A stretch of DNA of 64,000 nt. It comes from Felis catus. Lineage: Eukaryota. The stretch lies in assembly GCF_018350175.1 (NCBI RefSeq), contig NC_058368.1, positions 199,456,001-199,520,000 on the forward strand, written 5' to 3'. Below, piece by piece: positions 25,225-39,300 of the stretch (position 1 is the first letter of the stretch; the number at the start of each line of letters is the position of its first letter). Under the pieces are notes generated by a model that did not search any database, was not told the DNA's origin, and saw only the letters and a list, made by a program, of their open reading frames with translations. Both the position numbers and the translations under genes were made by a program.

Positions 25225-25560
25225 CAGAAAGAGACAATTAGACATTTTGAACATGAGCGGCTATTTGATATTATAGAGTTATTGTTAATTGTTTTAGTTG
25301 GTATAATGAGTTTTTGGCAATTTTTAAAGCATAATTATTATATAGAAATATATGCTGAAACATTTGTAGATGAAATAATATGATATCTGAGGTTTGCTTT
25401 GAAATAATGTGGAAGTGGGGGTAGATGGGGATATGGGTCAACTAAGATTAACTGTGAGTTGCTCATGGTTGAAGCTGTGTTCTAGGTATATGGTAGTTCA
25501 TTATTAATTCTGTCTACTTCTGTTAACATTTAAAACCTTATGAAATAAAAAGCTGAAAAA
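25225..25560 (+). mobile_element. Ancient L1 (L1MD/L1ME-like) 3' end
   Basis: gatgaaataatatgatatctgaggtttgctttgaaata, ggttgaagctg and ttcattattaattctgtctactt, ending aaataaaaag. Confidence 0.65.
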
Positions 25561-26635
25561 TGAATCAGAGTTTTAAAATGCTCTGTAGATAATATATATT
25601 CTTCTCCCTGCTGTCAGGTCAGGTCTTGGACCTAGTAACTGGAGGGTTGAATGGAGAGAGGAACAAGACCAGGGACAAAGCTGATTATTACAGGGTGTGA
25701 TTGTGTGTATTTGTGTGGGGTTTTTTTAGATTGCTTTAGATTGGTGTATTGAATTATGCTTATCCCTTTTATTAGTTGTGTGTAACTATATAATAGCAAT
25801 TGAGGTGTGGAAAAATCTTTAGTTCTCATATTTATTAACTGTTCCATCAGCAAATTTCCAGGTAAACGTTACTATTTTTGCTTAATCACTGAAAAAAGTT
25901 TTAAAGATTGAATCACTTTCCTAACATTCATTGAGTTAGTAGCATAGGCAGAAAGTAAGACCCTGTTAGTGATATTTTTAGCTCTCAGTTTACCAATCTT
26001 CATGTCATCCTAACATTCCCATGAGTTTTAGCCACAGTTTTTGTTTTTTACTATAACAAAGTCAAATACTTTAAAACTTAGGCATCGTGGAACAAGTTCA
26101 GATAATGAAGTGCCAACTGGATTTTGGCACCATTCCTTTCATATTTGTCATCAAGAGTCAAAAGTAATAGGAAAGAAATTAGGCAGATAAAAGCAGTTTG
26201 GTTTCGCAGGAACGGAATTGACGTTGTACAGTCAGTGCTGTGGAATTCTGAATTCTGCCACTACAACTACCACTACCATCCTCTCTAATCAGTTTCAGCA
26301 GATGTTGGGTTGAATTAACATCCGGAAATCCTCTACTACAATGAAACTAAACATTTCTGCCTAAGTCTACAATATTTAGTCATAGCTCATGTTTATTCCT
26401 TTTACGTTGTGAAACTATTATACATGGCTTGTCATTGAATTACTTTCAATTAGTGTTCCCTTGTTGAGTTTTGCCAGGAAGGCTACCCAATCTTTTGACC
26501 GACTAATATGGTATTAGGAGGCATTGGAGAGAGTACTATACCTCTTTTTATAACAATGTTCCCAAAGTCAAAGTTTTAACCAGATTCTCTTTGTCTGCCT
26601 TTCTGATTTCAAGGACTTTGGTAGAAGTTGATTCT

Positions 26636-26833
26636 TGTTTTGTTTTTTTTTAAATATTTATTTATTTTGAGAGAGAAAGAAAGTGTGAGCAGGGGAGGGG
26701 CAGAGAGAGAGAGGGGACAGAGAGAGAATCCTAAGCAGGCAGCACAGAGCCCACTCTGAGGCTTAAACTCATGAACCATGAGATCACAGCCTGAGCCAAA
26801 GTCAGACATTTAACCAAGCCACCTGGACACCCC
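26636..26833 (-). mobile_element. Can-SINE
   Basis: TSD aagttgattct at 26625-26635 and 26836-26846. Confidence 0.9.
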
Positions 26834-29164
26834 AAAAGTTGATTCTATTTTAAAGTAATCTCTTCGTTATGTTTAACCACCAAGTATACCATTTTTCTTA
26901 GATTTTAGTTGGAGTAATTCTCTATTACCCCAATTTCCTAGACATGATTAAGCAGAGCACATTTTGTAGCTATTTATGTGGACTTGGAAGGAGTTTACCA
27001 TTTATATTAAGGAAGAGTTGCTACTTTGCCTAGAAAAGATGAAGTGTGTGTATTGCACTTGAGATCTCCATAGGCTAGAATGAAGAGTACCCAAATGGGT
27101 GGAAGTGTCAATAGTCATTCTCTTTCCAGGTATAGTTTATTCCTTCTATTTCTGCCTAGTTCACCCTTTCAGTGCCAAGGTGATAGAAGATTCCATGGGA
27201 ATAGTTTCTGTACCTTGGTAACCAATGCAGTTGCTCTGGAAGCCAGTTTGCTGGTAACAGCATTGTAAGAGTCATGAACAAATAGCATTTTGCCTTTACC
27301 TGAATCCATATAATTGGTTTTAAAATTGGGGAGCGTCTGCCATCTTCAAGAATGAGCCTAAAGAAAAAGGAAAGTATTATATTAATGGTGTACTATGGTC
27401 ACATTGTTCCAATCTAGCCACTGAAGGGTACGTTATAATAGTGGGGGTATTAATTCCTTTTGTCACATGGCGAAACAAAGATATATTAATGATCAGGATT
27501 CTGAATGGAAAATTCCATTTGAGTAAGTAAATTACTCTGCAAGCACTAACCCTTGAAGAAGCACCGAAAGTGTTAAAGCAAGAACAGAGAAAATTTAAAA
27601 ATGTTTCTATGGTCATGTAGACAATTGCTTCAGAGTTTAATTATCCTCACATTTGCCCTTTAACAGAGTGGGCCCCTCATTCAGGTGTCAGTTGGAACAA
27701 CCAAGTAACAATTCCTCTGAAGCATGGATTCAGATGACAGAGTGACCCATATCCTAGTATAGTGATGTTGCTATTATAGGTCAGATCCAACCACAAAAAT
27801 ATACCCCAGTAAGGTATCCACAGGAAAATAAATCTAATAACTGTCCTCTTCTGTTCCAACGTTGTTCTCCTAGAAATAGTTGGATCTTTTTGACTTGGAA
27901 GGATCAATATTTTTTAGAAAATGCTCAACTTCCTATTGAGTAATTAATTTGCTGAATGATTGGTTGGTTCAGAAAAATCTGGGGTTGCCATCTATATAGT
28001 TTTCACCTGAATGACGAGGAATAAACCAGGATAATTTTTGCCCTAGGTCCCAAACATGGAAAATAAAAAACAAAACCCAAAGACCACTGTTTGCACAATT
28101 CTTGACCAAGCATTGGAAAGTATGATATGAAATACTTATTAAACACCTTACAGATGCTTATTAACATTCTAATTAAAATTAACCTGATCTTCGTTCAATA
28201 AACTTGTGCCACCAAGAAATATGACATCTGTGGAATGTTTAAGCTCAGTAATTGGGTCGCAAAAATACTAAACAGAGACCTAAACTCACTTGGAAATGTT
28301 TACTTTTATTTAAAAACAGAATTCTCAAGTGCCTCTCTGCTTTGTGATTTCATCCAGGACAAGAACGAAAATACTGAAATGTGGCAGGATTTCTAACAGA
28401 ATGAAAGCCAAGAAACACTGAAAACACAGTCTTGAGATTTCCGGTTTAATTTCCAGGACAAAGAGATTCATTGTCGGTTTATATCATCTCTGCTACATGG
28501 ATACCTGGATCAACAAAAGCTGGTGACCTCTGTGGGGTCACCCAGTGCCCCATTTTGACTCTGATTTTGTACTACTCTTCACAGTCGTGAAGTGCTGGGA
28601 TGAGGCCAGCCTTTCTTTACCACACTGGCTCCTAATCATTCCCAAAGGAAGAACTGGAAAATATTTGGGATTTTTCTTCTATACTTTCACATTAGTTTAT
28701 TCTCAGAGCACTTATCATTTGTGTTTTGAGCCACATGTTGAGTAAAGATGGAAGAAGCATTTAACCACTTTTGTTCCCTAAAGAGCAATATCATATTTTT
28801 GTTAGTATAGTGCTTTGTTTTGTTTTGTTTTGCTTTGACACACGGCTTCTGTAAAAATTAAAGTCTTTCTCTTTGGACTTAGTACCCAATTCAAGGGAAT
28901 AAAAACAAACACCAACTCATGACTTTTTCATGTTACAAATTTAATTGCTTTTCATGATCAATCTTTTTAGGATATAATTCAACTCATTGTCTTACACCTA
29001 TTACATGTAGCAAAAATGTATCAATTTTGTAGATTTTGTGACCAAATTCATTAGTACTTTGGGTTTCACTTAGCACTATTTTTCACAAGTGCCATTTCCT
29101 TTCCTTGTAATCTTATTTTGTTAACATGTTCAAATGTGGGAATAAGATAAGAAAGCGGGATTGT

Positions 29165-29369
29165 GGGGTACCTGGGTGCCTTAGTCGGTTGAAGGTCTGA
29201 CTTTGGCTCAGGTCGTGATCTTATGGTTCATGGGTTCAAGCCCTGCATTGGCTTCGGGTCTCTGATGTCAGGGGGGCGCCTGCTTAGGAAACTGTCCTCC
29301 CCTCTCTTTGCCCCTCCCCAACTTGCACGCATGTGTGCTTTCTCTCTTTCTCAAAAATAAACATAAAAT
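29165..29369 (+). mobile_element. Can-SINE
   Basis: ggggtacctgggtgccttagtcggtt head, CT-rich linker and caaaaataaac tail. Confidence 0.88.
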
Positions 29370-30850
29370 AAGGGCAAGATTGTTAGCACCCAATTCTTTC
29401 ACATCACCGTGTCGTATACAATTTCATGAAATAAGACAAAGAAGTAGACAAAGAATTAAAGGGAAACAGAGGTTATTAAATTTGATTAAAGGATGAAATT
29501 TGGTTCTCAGCTGTCCTGATTTGTTTTGGGCCAGAGTGCATTAAGCGGATGTTATTATTTATTTATTGCTGAATTTTGTGTATGGCTTTGTTCAGCCATA
29601 TCAGTGTATCTTATGCTACTTTACTGTATCTTTCATATCCATTTCTTTTTTTACCTTCCCATAGCCACCACTCTATGGCAACTTTTAATACCTTACACTT
29701 TAGAAATCAGCCATAGCTTCCTGGCTGGAAATGGCAAACTCAGGTGACTATCCACAAGAACAGTAGGATTAAGTTGGGAATAAATTGACCTGAGAGAGAC
29801 TGGACTGAGCAGATAAAACTTTTGGAGTCAACTTACTGTTCATTAGGCTTCCATCTTGAACCACCACTGCTGAGTCACTCTATACCCATTGTCTTTTTAC
29901 TACCTGCACTACTAGATTCCTTCAGTGACTCAGCTCCTGGTTTTATTCCAGTTTTATGTGTAGAACTGTTCTTTCATGTTCCACCATGACCACTATCCCT
30001 GGTTTTTGCCCTCCATATATACTTCCCAGTCTCCTTCTGCTCTGCATCTACTTCAGACAACCAGCACTTTATAACATGGGACTTCAGGTTTCCCTAACAG
30101 TAAACAGTGAAAATTATGGAAGAATTATGGCTTATCTTGATACTCAAGTATCAGTCACCAAGGGAATTGTTTTAGTGATTTGTCTTCTATGTACAATATT
30201 TGTTCTCTTTTTGGAGACACTCACCAATTACATTTTTATAAATGCAAATTGTTCTCTATTGGAAAGGAAGATGAATGGTATTAAAGAATGCTTTTTTAAA
30301 AAATCTGGTGAATTATCAGAATGGATGAGAGGGTTTCTAGATAGATTAGAAGAATCTGTGAGGTTACATGATATGTTTTAGTGCAGTGGCTTTTTACGTT
30401 ATGGTACAATTCATTTTAAAGAAGTAAAGCCAGCTCATAGCACGTCAATATTGCCATCCATTCTATGACCTTGCCTCCTTTATTTTTGTGTCTTCTGATT
30501 GATCACTGAAGGAAGCATGTTGTACGGTTTGTGGCATCTTGATCTTTGGGTCTTCGTCTTGATCTTTGGATCTTCCCTTTTCTGTGCTGGGTGTTCTACT
30601 CTGCTCTTAGTTTTATACTAATCTTTGCTCTTTTCTTCTGGTATCTTTTGATACCAAATAAACCACAGACATGTCAACTCTTTAGGCAAAAAATTGCCAG
30701 TTACCTTCCTTTGACTTTGTCCTTATTTATTTGGTCTGTAGTCCTCAACTTATCTCCCAATTTTGACCCATCTGCTGTTTTTAGACATGTCTGCTAATCT
30801 TGCTTTCCCCAGCACTGGTAACCTTTGTGGTTGAAACTGATTCCTCTGGC

Positions 30851-31085
30851 TTTTTTTATTTTATTATTATTATTTTTAAGAAATGTTTCTTTCTTTATTT
30901 TTGAGAGACAAAGAGCACAAGCAGGGGAGGGGCAGAGATAGAGAGGGAGACACAGAATCAGAAATAGGCTCCAGGCTCTGAGCTGTCAGCACAGGGCCTG
31001 ACACAGGGCTCAAACTCACAAGCTGTGAGATCATGACCTGAGCTGTAGTTGGATGCTTACCCGACTGAGCCACCCAGACACCCCC
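30851..31085 (-). mobile_element. Can-SINE
   Basis: Standard body and head; ctctgg is repeated on both flanks. Confidence 0.92.
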
Positions 31086-31224
31086 CTCTGGTTCTTTTTA
31101 ATCTCAGTCACATGGGATAGGATTTCCTTTTGCCCTGTCCACAGTTCCTGAGATCCTAAAACTTGATAAGGTTTACTTTTCTGACCTGGAGAATCTTGAT
31201 CTACTAATAAGTGCCTTCTGATAT

Positions 31225-31703
31225 GAAATGCTGATTACTCATCATTTCCGTCTCCAAATTCATCTTTACCCTTTTCTTCCCAGCTTTGTTTCTTGAAAGC
31301 CTGACCTCTTTATGGACTGTACTACCCAAGCTCTCTTGTCTTCCGGTTTCCATGTGGGTTCAGCAATGATGGAAATTAGAGATATGAGTTAGTGGAGTTT
31401 TATTCTCTCTGCTTCTCCTCACCTTGTTTGGGCAATGCCATCTTCCTTTACCTGTGGTTCCAGCTATTTTAATTAGGAGGCCCTGCTCTTATGGCTCCAG
31501 CCCTCACTGGCTAACATGATCTTCTTTTTATCTCATCTAGTATGGAGTAGGTAAAAGCCTTCCACTGAAGCTGGCCCTCGGATGTTTCACCATTCTTCAC
31601 TGGTAGTCCTAATCTGGCCCACACTTTTGTAAATAGTTACATCATTAAACATTCTTCAATTAGTCCTTTGTACCATCTATTTCTTGCAGGATTTCTGCCT
31701 GAT
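31225..31703 (+). mobile_element. ERVL solo LTR (LTR33-like)
   Basis: ctgacctctttatggactg, atgtgggttcagcaatg, cccacacttttgtaaatagt, cattaaac and ccatctatttcttgcagga resemble LTR33. Confidence 0.68.
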
Positions 31704-34309
31704 GGGTTTGAGAATAAGACACAAAGCATGTGCAATTGATGCTCATAGGTCTTTATACATGTGACTTCCTTTTGGGGGATGGTGATGTGAAGGTCACAAT
31801 ATGTCTTAGAGTTGTGTGTACACACATCTTAGGCAGATTGAAAAACAGGTATTGTGAAGAGAGGATTGCTTGAGGAACATGGACAGTTGGGATTTTCTCT
31901 TTGAGGGGATGAAATATTAGGATGGGTACCCTTGGATAGCCTTCTACTCTTCTGCTAAGTTAGTACTTTATAGAATAGGCACAGTAACAGGCAATAGAAT
32001 AGGAATAGAGAAGGTTAGAGTAGAAGTTGAAGCATATGTGCATGAATCAGCTAGTCCACCCAGAGTGACGTTGGATTGCTTTTCTCCTTTGGGGGTAATT
32101 AATGTCTGCCATACTAAGTCAACTCATGAATTAAGTGTAAAACTGCATACCTGTGAGGTTTGGCTTTCCCCTCTATTGAAGCAGAAAAAGACAAGTGGGC
32201 AAAGCTTGATTAGCATCTCAGATGGGGAATAGGTAAGAGGATTTTAGCTGAATAGAACTTTGAGTGTACAACAGCATCATTTCTGGTGGTGATTAGATTT
32301 TAGTGGCACTTACTTCATAAGCTGAGCAGGAAAAAGTACCTGTGGGCATGCATTTTGTGAAGAGTTAATGACAAAGGATTCTGAGACTTTCTGCAAGAAC
32401 TGTGAGGCTATCAGAACAACAGGAGAAGTGGGACCAGTAAGAAGCTAATCATTCTGATGTGCACTCACTTTATGGGGGGCCTTCCTAGAAACATGGCAGT
32501 GTTGCTACATTCAAAGTTCAATTGAGGGTTACCAAATTATTGTCTTAATCCACTGGTCTATGGCCCTAACATGTCTCTGTACTTTTAAGGCAGGAAATTT
32601 GGGGTGTTTAATCACAGTGTAGAGACTCCACTATTTTTTTCAAAAACGTTGAACTACACAGCCAAATTTAGGCAGAGAGTTTGGGAATTATCTGGTAAAT
32701 TACTTTATGCCAACAGCTAAATGGATTCATTCTGAACCCAAGATGATTTTTTTTTTTGGCTTATTCAGTCAATCCAAATTGGCTTTGTCTATGGTAGACA
32801 AAGTTAACAGATGATGGACTGTTAGACAAAGGACTATTACTAGCAGAATGAAGTGGAATCATATTTAGGGAAATCATGAAAATCTTGTTTCAGTTGGGAT
32901 TAGAAAAGAAGAATGAAGAACTACATATATGTAACTTTTGGGGGGAGCACTAGGTGGTGAAATACTGACTGAAAGTTAGTGTTAAAAACAGTAGTTACAT
33001 GTTCTAAAATTTTAGGTCATAGAAAAAAATTAATAGCAATAAATATTCATCTTTTGACCTGTGTCAATTGACATGAGTGATGAAATGGACCCAATTCACC
33101 AGATTTCTGTTCCATATTCATTGGACAGGAGTGATTTAAGACAAGTCCCTCAGTCTTTGCCCTAAATTAAATTGAATTAAATCTCTACCCTTTATGTTTC
33201 TCCAGTTCTATCCTACTCAGTAAAGAACCACACAACCCACACTCATAGTGAACAAAGCTATTATTTAATGGAATCTTTCCACTGTGAAACCAAATTATTT
33301 TAATTGGCTTAAAATATTACTAAATACTGAAAGCCAAGTACGTGACCTCCGGCCCTGCTAGTGTTTAAGATATCATACTCTTCATTCTTTCTGGTGAAAG
33401 TCCCAGGCCCATTTCTGAAGAAGGGCCAAATGTAAATAAATTCATAGTGTTTAGATCAGGGTTTTGCCAATGTATATTATGTCTCATATGAGCCTTTATT
33501 ATATAACTTTCTTCTTTGGGTTTTACAGAGTTCTTGTTTGTTGACATTCAGGGTGTGTCTAGAAAGTATATTTTTGATTTATCCTACTCACCTAGGCAGA
33601 GTGCCCTGGACATTAGAAGATCTGGTTTATACTTCATAGTTTATTTTTTGTGGTTGTATATTTCCTACATTTTGTTCATGTGCCCTTGGACTTAGGAAAA
33701 GCTTGACAGCTCATTTTTATAAATCAATAAATAAGTAAGTAATACATCATGGATCAAAGGCCACAGCAGCAGCACCGTAGAGAGAATTATATTGTCCTAG
33801 GCACTTATGTACTTATAATGATGATATCCTTGGACCCAAGGCCTAATACATTTTTCGTTAGAACTATTAGATTCCATACAAGATCAACAATTACAAACAC
33901 TCTCGTGGAGATAATTAAAATTCAACAGGCTTCTTTTACAGGCTTCAGAGTTTAGTATTCTCACATCCTTCTCTTTGGCCTGACTTCTTTCTGTATTTCA
34001 GAATTCCCTTGTTTGATTTCCAAAAACTACTCTGTTAATACCTCTTAAACCCAGAGGCATAATTGAAGAAGAATGAAACTTGGAATTCTCAAATCTTTAA
34101 TGAGCCTCCTAGGGGCAGGTCTAGCTTAGGAATTCCATCTAAGAGCAAGCATGCCTATCAGTCTTCATGCTCCAGGCCAAACTTTAGAACCTCTAGTCTG
34201 AGAAGGGATTTTATCTTTTGTAATATCTACCAGGTTTCCTTTGGGAAGAAAAGAGCAAGCTTGAGAGGGGTAATCCTCAGAAGCTGTAGTCTAGAATGTA
34301 CCCTATGCA

Positions 34310-34420
34310 TATGGGGATATTCATCTGCCTTATTGAGCACTGTCTCCCAGCTCTCAATAAAGTGCCTGGCATAGAGGAGGACTCAAACATTCTTTGTTGA
34401 GTCCATGAATGAATAAATAT
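34310..34420 (+). mobile_element. L2 3' end
   Basis: agtgcctggcatagaggaggactcaaacattctttgttgagtccatgaatgaat. Confidence 0.7.
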
Positions 34421-34809
34421 AATTTTTGAAGGCAGGTAGAGAAACCAACAATTTAGTAGGTAGTCTTAAATCTTTAACTGATACCTATATTTCAAAACAA
34501 AACACAAGATAGTTTATGAATAAAAGAAAATAAAATATGGGGAGATAGAAAACAAAGGAGAGACAATGTGGAAGGAAGGGAAGAAACAAAATTATAGCAC
34601 TTTGTCCTGATAATATGATTGCATATTTGGGTATGATAGTATGCTTAGTTTTCTGTTAAATTGCCTTATTTTGGCTTTTTCTTTCTGTTTTGTTGTCAAT
34701 AGCACTGGGAGGACTTAAGCAAAATCATGGTCATTGAAATTTGCCCTAAAATCATCTTTATCCTTTTCATCATTTTATTCCCAAGAATTAGAATAGTAAT
34801 GTCAACATC

Positions 34810-35080
34810 AATAAAAATAGCTCACATGCTTGGAAACCTTACTCTGTGCCAGACATGAGCCTAAGGGTGCTATGTGCATAATTGCACTAAATCCTTATGA
34901 CTCTACCTTATAAAGTAAATGCCATGATTTCTTGAATTCTACAGATGAGGGGACTGAGATGAGGAGATTTAAAGGAGTTAAGTTCCTTTGCCCAAGGTCA
35001 CACAGCATGTATGTAGTAGATTTGGACCTAGGTAGCCTTTCTCCACGCCTTATCTGGGTGTCCAGGGTCCTTAATGCATC
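34810..35080 (-). mobile_element. MIR
   Basis: tacagatgaggggactgag..ttgcccaaggtcacacagc core. Confidence 0.8.
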
Positions 35081-36047
35081 CTCCTGGTACCTGCAACCCC
35101 ATTACAGTGTTCACTCCAGCTATGAGGCCTCAGGGGGCCTACAGTGTATCTGCATGGGCTTTCCTAATCTTACCCCCTTTAAAACTTATTTGTTCTAGGT
35201 GCTTCAGAGCCCTGCACTGAGAAATAAATCCTCGCTAATGGATTAAGAGCTGATAATGAGTTAATTTGTTGCCATTCCAAGGAGATTTATTTATATATTT
35301 AACAGATGCTCCTTGAAGATTGTGCTTTGCTCAAAGGAGTGACTTCAATACTGAGAAGTTCAGACAGTTGGTAGATCTTTGGGAGAGGGACACTAATTTG
35401 GTCTAGGCTGACTTTTCAGTGCCCTTCATATCACACTAAAAAAGCAGACGTCCTTTTAGCATATGCTCTAGGAAGATGTGATGAGAGAGTGTTGCATGTT
35501 CCTTCATTATTTATAAGTAATTCTAGTCAGGCTCATTCATATGTATGTACTAATTTCCCCTTTTGGCTGTGAGAGCACCCAGGGAAGTTTTTCCTGTATC
35601 CTTTGGGGTTTCTTGGGAGATAGGGCAGTTTGACACTGGAGAAGAGAGAGTGCATTGCTTTTTTTTGATTGATATTTGTGCTGATGCAGCAAGCAAACAA
35701 ACTTCTCTGTGGGTGTGTGCGTTCTGAATCAATTCAGAATTCCTATTTCAGTGGTATTGTTTGGTTGTGGTATATGTGTGTGGATGGAAAAAAGGAGAGA
35801 GAAGGTGAGAGAGGGAAGAGAGAGAGAGAGGAGACAGAAAAACTCTGGATTTAATTAGAATTGAGTTTACATCTGTGCCTTTCTCTGAGAACCCTCCTAT
35901 ATCCTAGCTGTGAGAACTTGGGTAAGCGAACTTACCTCTCTGGTACTCAATTAGGAGATCTTCTCAGTTTGGACATACTATAATTCTGTGATTCAATGAT
36001 TCGAATATTTGCCATTTGTAAACCTTTATTTCAAGGACCTCACCAAT

Positions 36048-36545
36048 TGTCTTAGGTTGAGTTCCCAAGAAGCTGACCTTAAGACAAATATTCCTATGCA
36101 AGTGATTTTTTAAGGAATTGTTGCAGGGAAGAACAGTAAATGGATGGGAGGGAAGACAGGAAAAGTAGGAAGCCAAGCAAAGATCCATCTTGGGCAGAGT
36201 CCTGCAGAATGTCTATCAGCCTTATCCACAAGGGAACTCTGCAGTGTTAGTTGTGCTTTGGGGTTGTCATGGCATGAGCAAGGGAGCTGGGTTTTCTACC
36301 CCTGTCCCTTGTTAAGAGCCACCTTGTCTCCCCTGTTCACCTTCTCCCCAGATCCCTGAACTTCTCATTTCTCCCAGGCATGCATGCAGTCAAAGGGACT
36401 CCAGCAGCCCAAGGACAGTTCTTTTAAAAAAGAGTGGGTGCTAGCTGTTAGAAGTGAAAGCATATTCAAGGGGAATGGTGCACAAAAATGGTGGAAGAAG
36501 ATCTGAGAAGAGCTGGATGGAGCACTGTTCATCTCCATTCTACCA
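36048..36545 (-). mobile_element. ERVL solo LTR (LTR16 family)
   Basis: Starts tgtcttaggttgagttcccaagaagctgaccttaagaca..tgcaagtgattt, the reverse complement of an LTR16-type 3' end. Confidence 0.65.
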
Positions 36546-36696
36546 CACATTGTGAAAATGGGTAAGTTTGTGACATAGCTGTTACTGTCAACATTCAGTT
36601 TACATAGAGCGAAAGATGGTAAGTGAGACTTAGAAATTAACCACTCTCTTTTCAGGAGTCACCAGTGAGGCCAAAAGCCATTGTCAAACCAATTCT

Positions 36697-36757
36697 TTTT
36701 TTCTTTTTCTTTTTTTTTAATTGATAATGCATTTTCTTTCTTTTTTAATGTTTATTT

Positions 36758-36803
<46 letters not shown>

Positions 36804-36945
36804 CAGGGGGTGGGGGACAGAGGATGTAAAGCAGGCTCCATGATGACTGCAGTGAGCCTGAAGCGAGACTCAAACTCACAAATTGTGAGATCATGACCTA
36901 AGCCAAAGTTGGACGCTCAACCAACTGAGCCACCCAGGTGCCCCC
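36697..36945 (-). mobile_element. Can-SINE with (GA)n
   Basis: TSD tcaaaccaa(t/g)tctt at 36684 and 36949. Confidence 0.9.
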
Positions 36946-38080
36946 AAATCAAACCAAGTCTTATCTTTAGATATGATTGCTAGCAAAGTTTCAGGAGACA
37001 TGGGAAAGGCACCAACTACATCTGCTGCAGTGGAGAACTTTGATTCCCTCCTTAGGTTAGTATAACGTTTTTCACCTAAGGCAGAGATAGCCTTAGCGCA
37101 AAAGGTGTCTGCTTTTTGTGCATGATGTCCTGAAGCTTATAAATGAGAATACTCTAAAAAGTAATCACGTGAAAGGTATAAACTAAAAGGTAACTAGGGG
37201 AATCTGTGCATATTCAAATATTCTTAAAAGCCAAGCTATTTATGTTCAATTTTCAGGCAGTGGTTTTATTCTCTTCTCAGACATACTTATTTTTTTTAAT
37301 GAGTTACTCATTTCTTTCAAAACATCTACATACTTCAAATGTTTTCCTTATGAATCAATTTTTTATTTGACAGAAGCGAAGATACTTGTGCCCATAAAAA
37401 ATGCCATGTGTTTTTGAAGTGTTAGAAAAAACAGCGCTTTGGCACTAAACAAAGCTGAGGCAGGAACGTAGGAGAGCAGCTGCAGAATGACAGAAAAAAT
37501 GGAAGATAACGAGACATGTGAGAGAATGTATAATTTAATGTGGGGCTCGAAGCAAATGGCGGGAGGAGGAACATAAATGAGAAAACAGTTAAAAATAGTG
37601 ACTAAAATGACTTTAAATCCAATAAAACATAAAATGAATCAATTAGTGCTTAAACGTTGGAGGAGGCATGATGCTGTGAAAGAATCTGGAAAAGGCTGAC
37701 AGATTTTTAGTCTATGAATTTAAATTCATAGGACCAACAATTTCTCTGCCTAGAGAGATGTATCTGCTGTTTTTTCTTCTTATACTAGTTGACAAAATGA
37801 CTTCCTTTCTTTTCCACTTTCTGAGATGTGAATCAATCTGTTATAAAAGCCTCGGTTTTTAGTTTTCTGAAAACATTCCACAAGATGTATGGAAAAATGT
37901 GTTCAAGTTTTAGGAAATTCTTGGAACTCCTGCAAAACTGTGGATCACCCTGCATATGGATATTAGAGGTACTTCTTAGTTGTTGACCAGAGTTGGATTA
38001 TTGTGCTAGGTTGATGGAATTCTGGGGAATGATGGCAAGGAGCATGTGGCCCCTATGATGCCTGTTTACTTCTTAAATTC

Positions 38081-38284
38081 TTTTTTTTTTTTAATGTTTA
38101 TTTATTTTGAGAGAGAGAGAGAGAATGAGAGAGAACGGGAGAGGGCAGAAAGAGAGAATCCCAAGCAGGCTCTGCATTGACAGCATAGAGTCTGATGTGG
38201 GGCTTGATTTCATAAACTGTGAGATCAGGACCTAAGTCGAAATCAAGAGTTGCACGCTTAACTCACTGAACCTCCCAAGCGCCT
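38081..38284 (-). mobile_element. Can-SINE
   Basis: T-tail, (GA)n, agaatcccaagcaggctc..gaaatcaagagtt..gcttaac. Confidence 0.88.
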
Positions 38285-39002
38285 TTCTTCCTGATTTTTA
38301 ATGATAATGTCCATGAGCCGATGTGTTAGATCCTGTGACAGTAATATCCAGAGTCTGTGCAGTAAGTGTGTATTCCATGGGAAATTATGGAAAGCTTTTA
38401 AGAACCTGAAAGCTTTTAAGAACATGCTGGCTATCTGTCTTCCTGGAATGGTTTACCTGAGGCTTGTGTTCATGGAAATAAAGGCCTGGATGATTTCTGG
38501 AAACCCTTCCTGTTTCTAGGAAAATTGTGTGTTCTTCATAGTAAGTACTCAGTGCTGGTTGGATACATGAAGGAATAAAATAATAGGAAAATGAGGTTCA
38601 CAGGTTATGCCAACAAAATTACAAGTTTTCACCTTAGAATTTGAGGACAATAAGAAATCTTTTATATTTAACTAAAGTCCAGGATAACAAACATCTGTGT
38701 CATACTTCGTTTTTTTACATTTTCAAAATTCTAACTATTGATTCTTCTTATAATAGGTGTGTACTTCTAATGGGTTAGTTTTCTAGTTTTTCTCTGGTTT
38801 TCCTCCAAATCAATAGTATGTGTAACAGTCAACTTAGCACTGAGGAAGCATGGAAGATAACATGTTTCTTTCTAAGAGCTTTGAAAATTTCCCCATTATC
38901 TTATTCATTATAAGAATATACTTTGTGGAGAAATCTGTATCAGAATTTTGTGACCCACTATAGTCTTCTACTCCTGTCCCTTTACATTAAGGTCATATTT
39001 CT

Positions 39003-39032
39003 TTTTTTTTTTTTAAAGTTTATTTATTTATA

Positions 39033-39089
<57 letters not shown>

Positions 39090-39241
39090 AGCAGGGGAGG
39101 GGCAGAGAGAGAGAATCCCAAGAATACCCCAGGCTTACAGTGGAGAGCCTGATGCAGGGCTCCCTCTCATGATCCTGAGATCATAGCCTGAGCTGAAATT
39201 AAGTGTCAGACACATAACTGACTGAGCCACCCAGGCGCCCC
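39003..39241 (-). mobile_element. Can-SINE with long (GA)n
   Basis: TSD ttaaggt(ca/ag)tatttct at 38987 and 39242. Confidence 0.92.
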
Positions 39242-39244
39242 TTA

Positions 39245-39269
39245 AGGTAGTATTTCTATAAATAAATAC

Positions 39270-39300
<31 letters not shown>

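Noticed and set aside
29956..30381. 141-aa hydrophobic ORF
   Set aside because: No recognisable domain or splice context; consistent with a chance ORF in T-rich DNA.
37712..37731. 20-bp perfect palindrome ctatgaatttaaattcatag
   Set aside because: AT-rich and short enough to be plausible by chance in 64 kb; no associated feature.
38390..38425. 18-bp tandem duplication (also 19 bp at 51785-51822 and 12 bp near 7227)
   Set aside because: Ordinary slippage duplications with no shared sequence.
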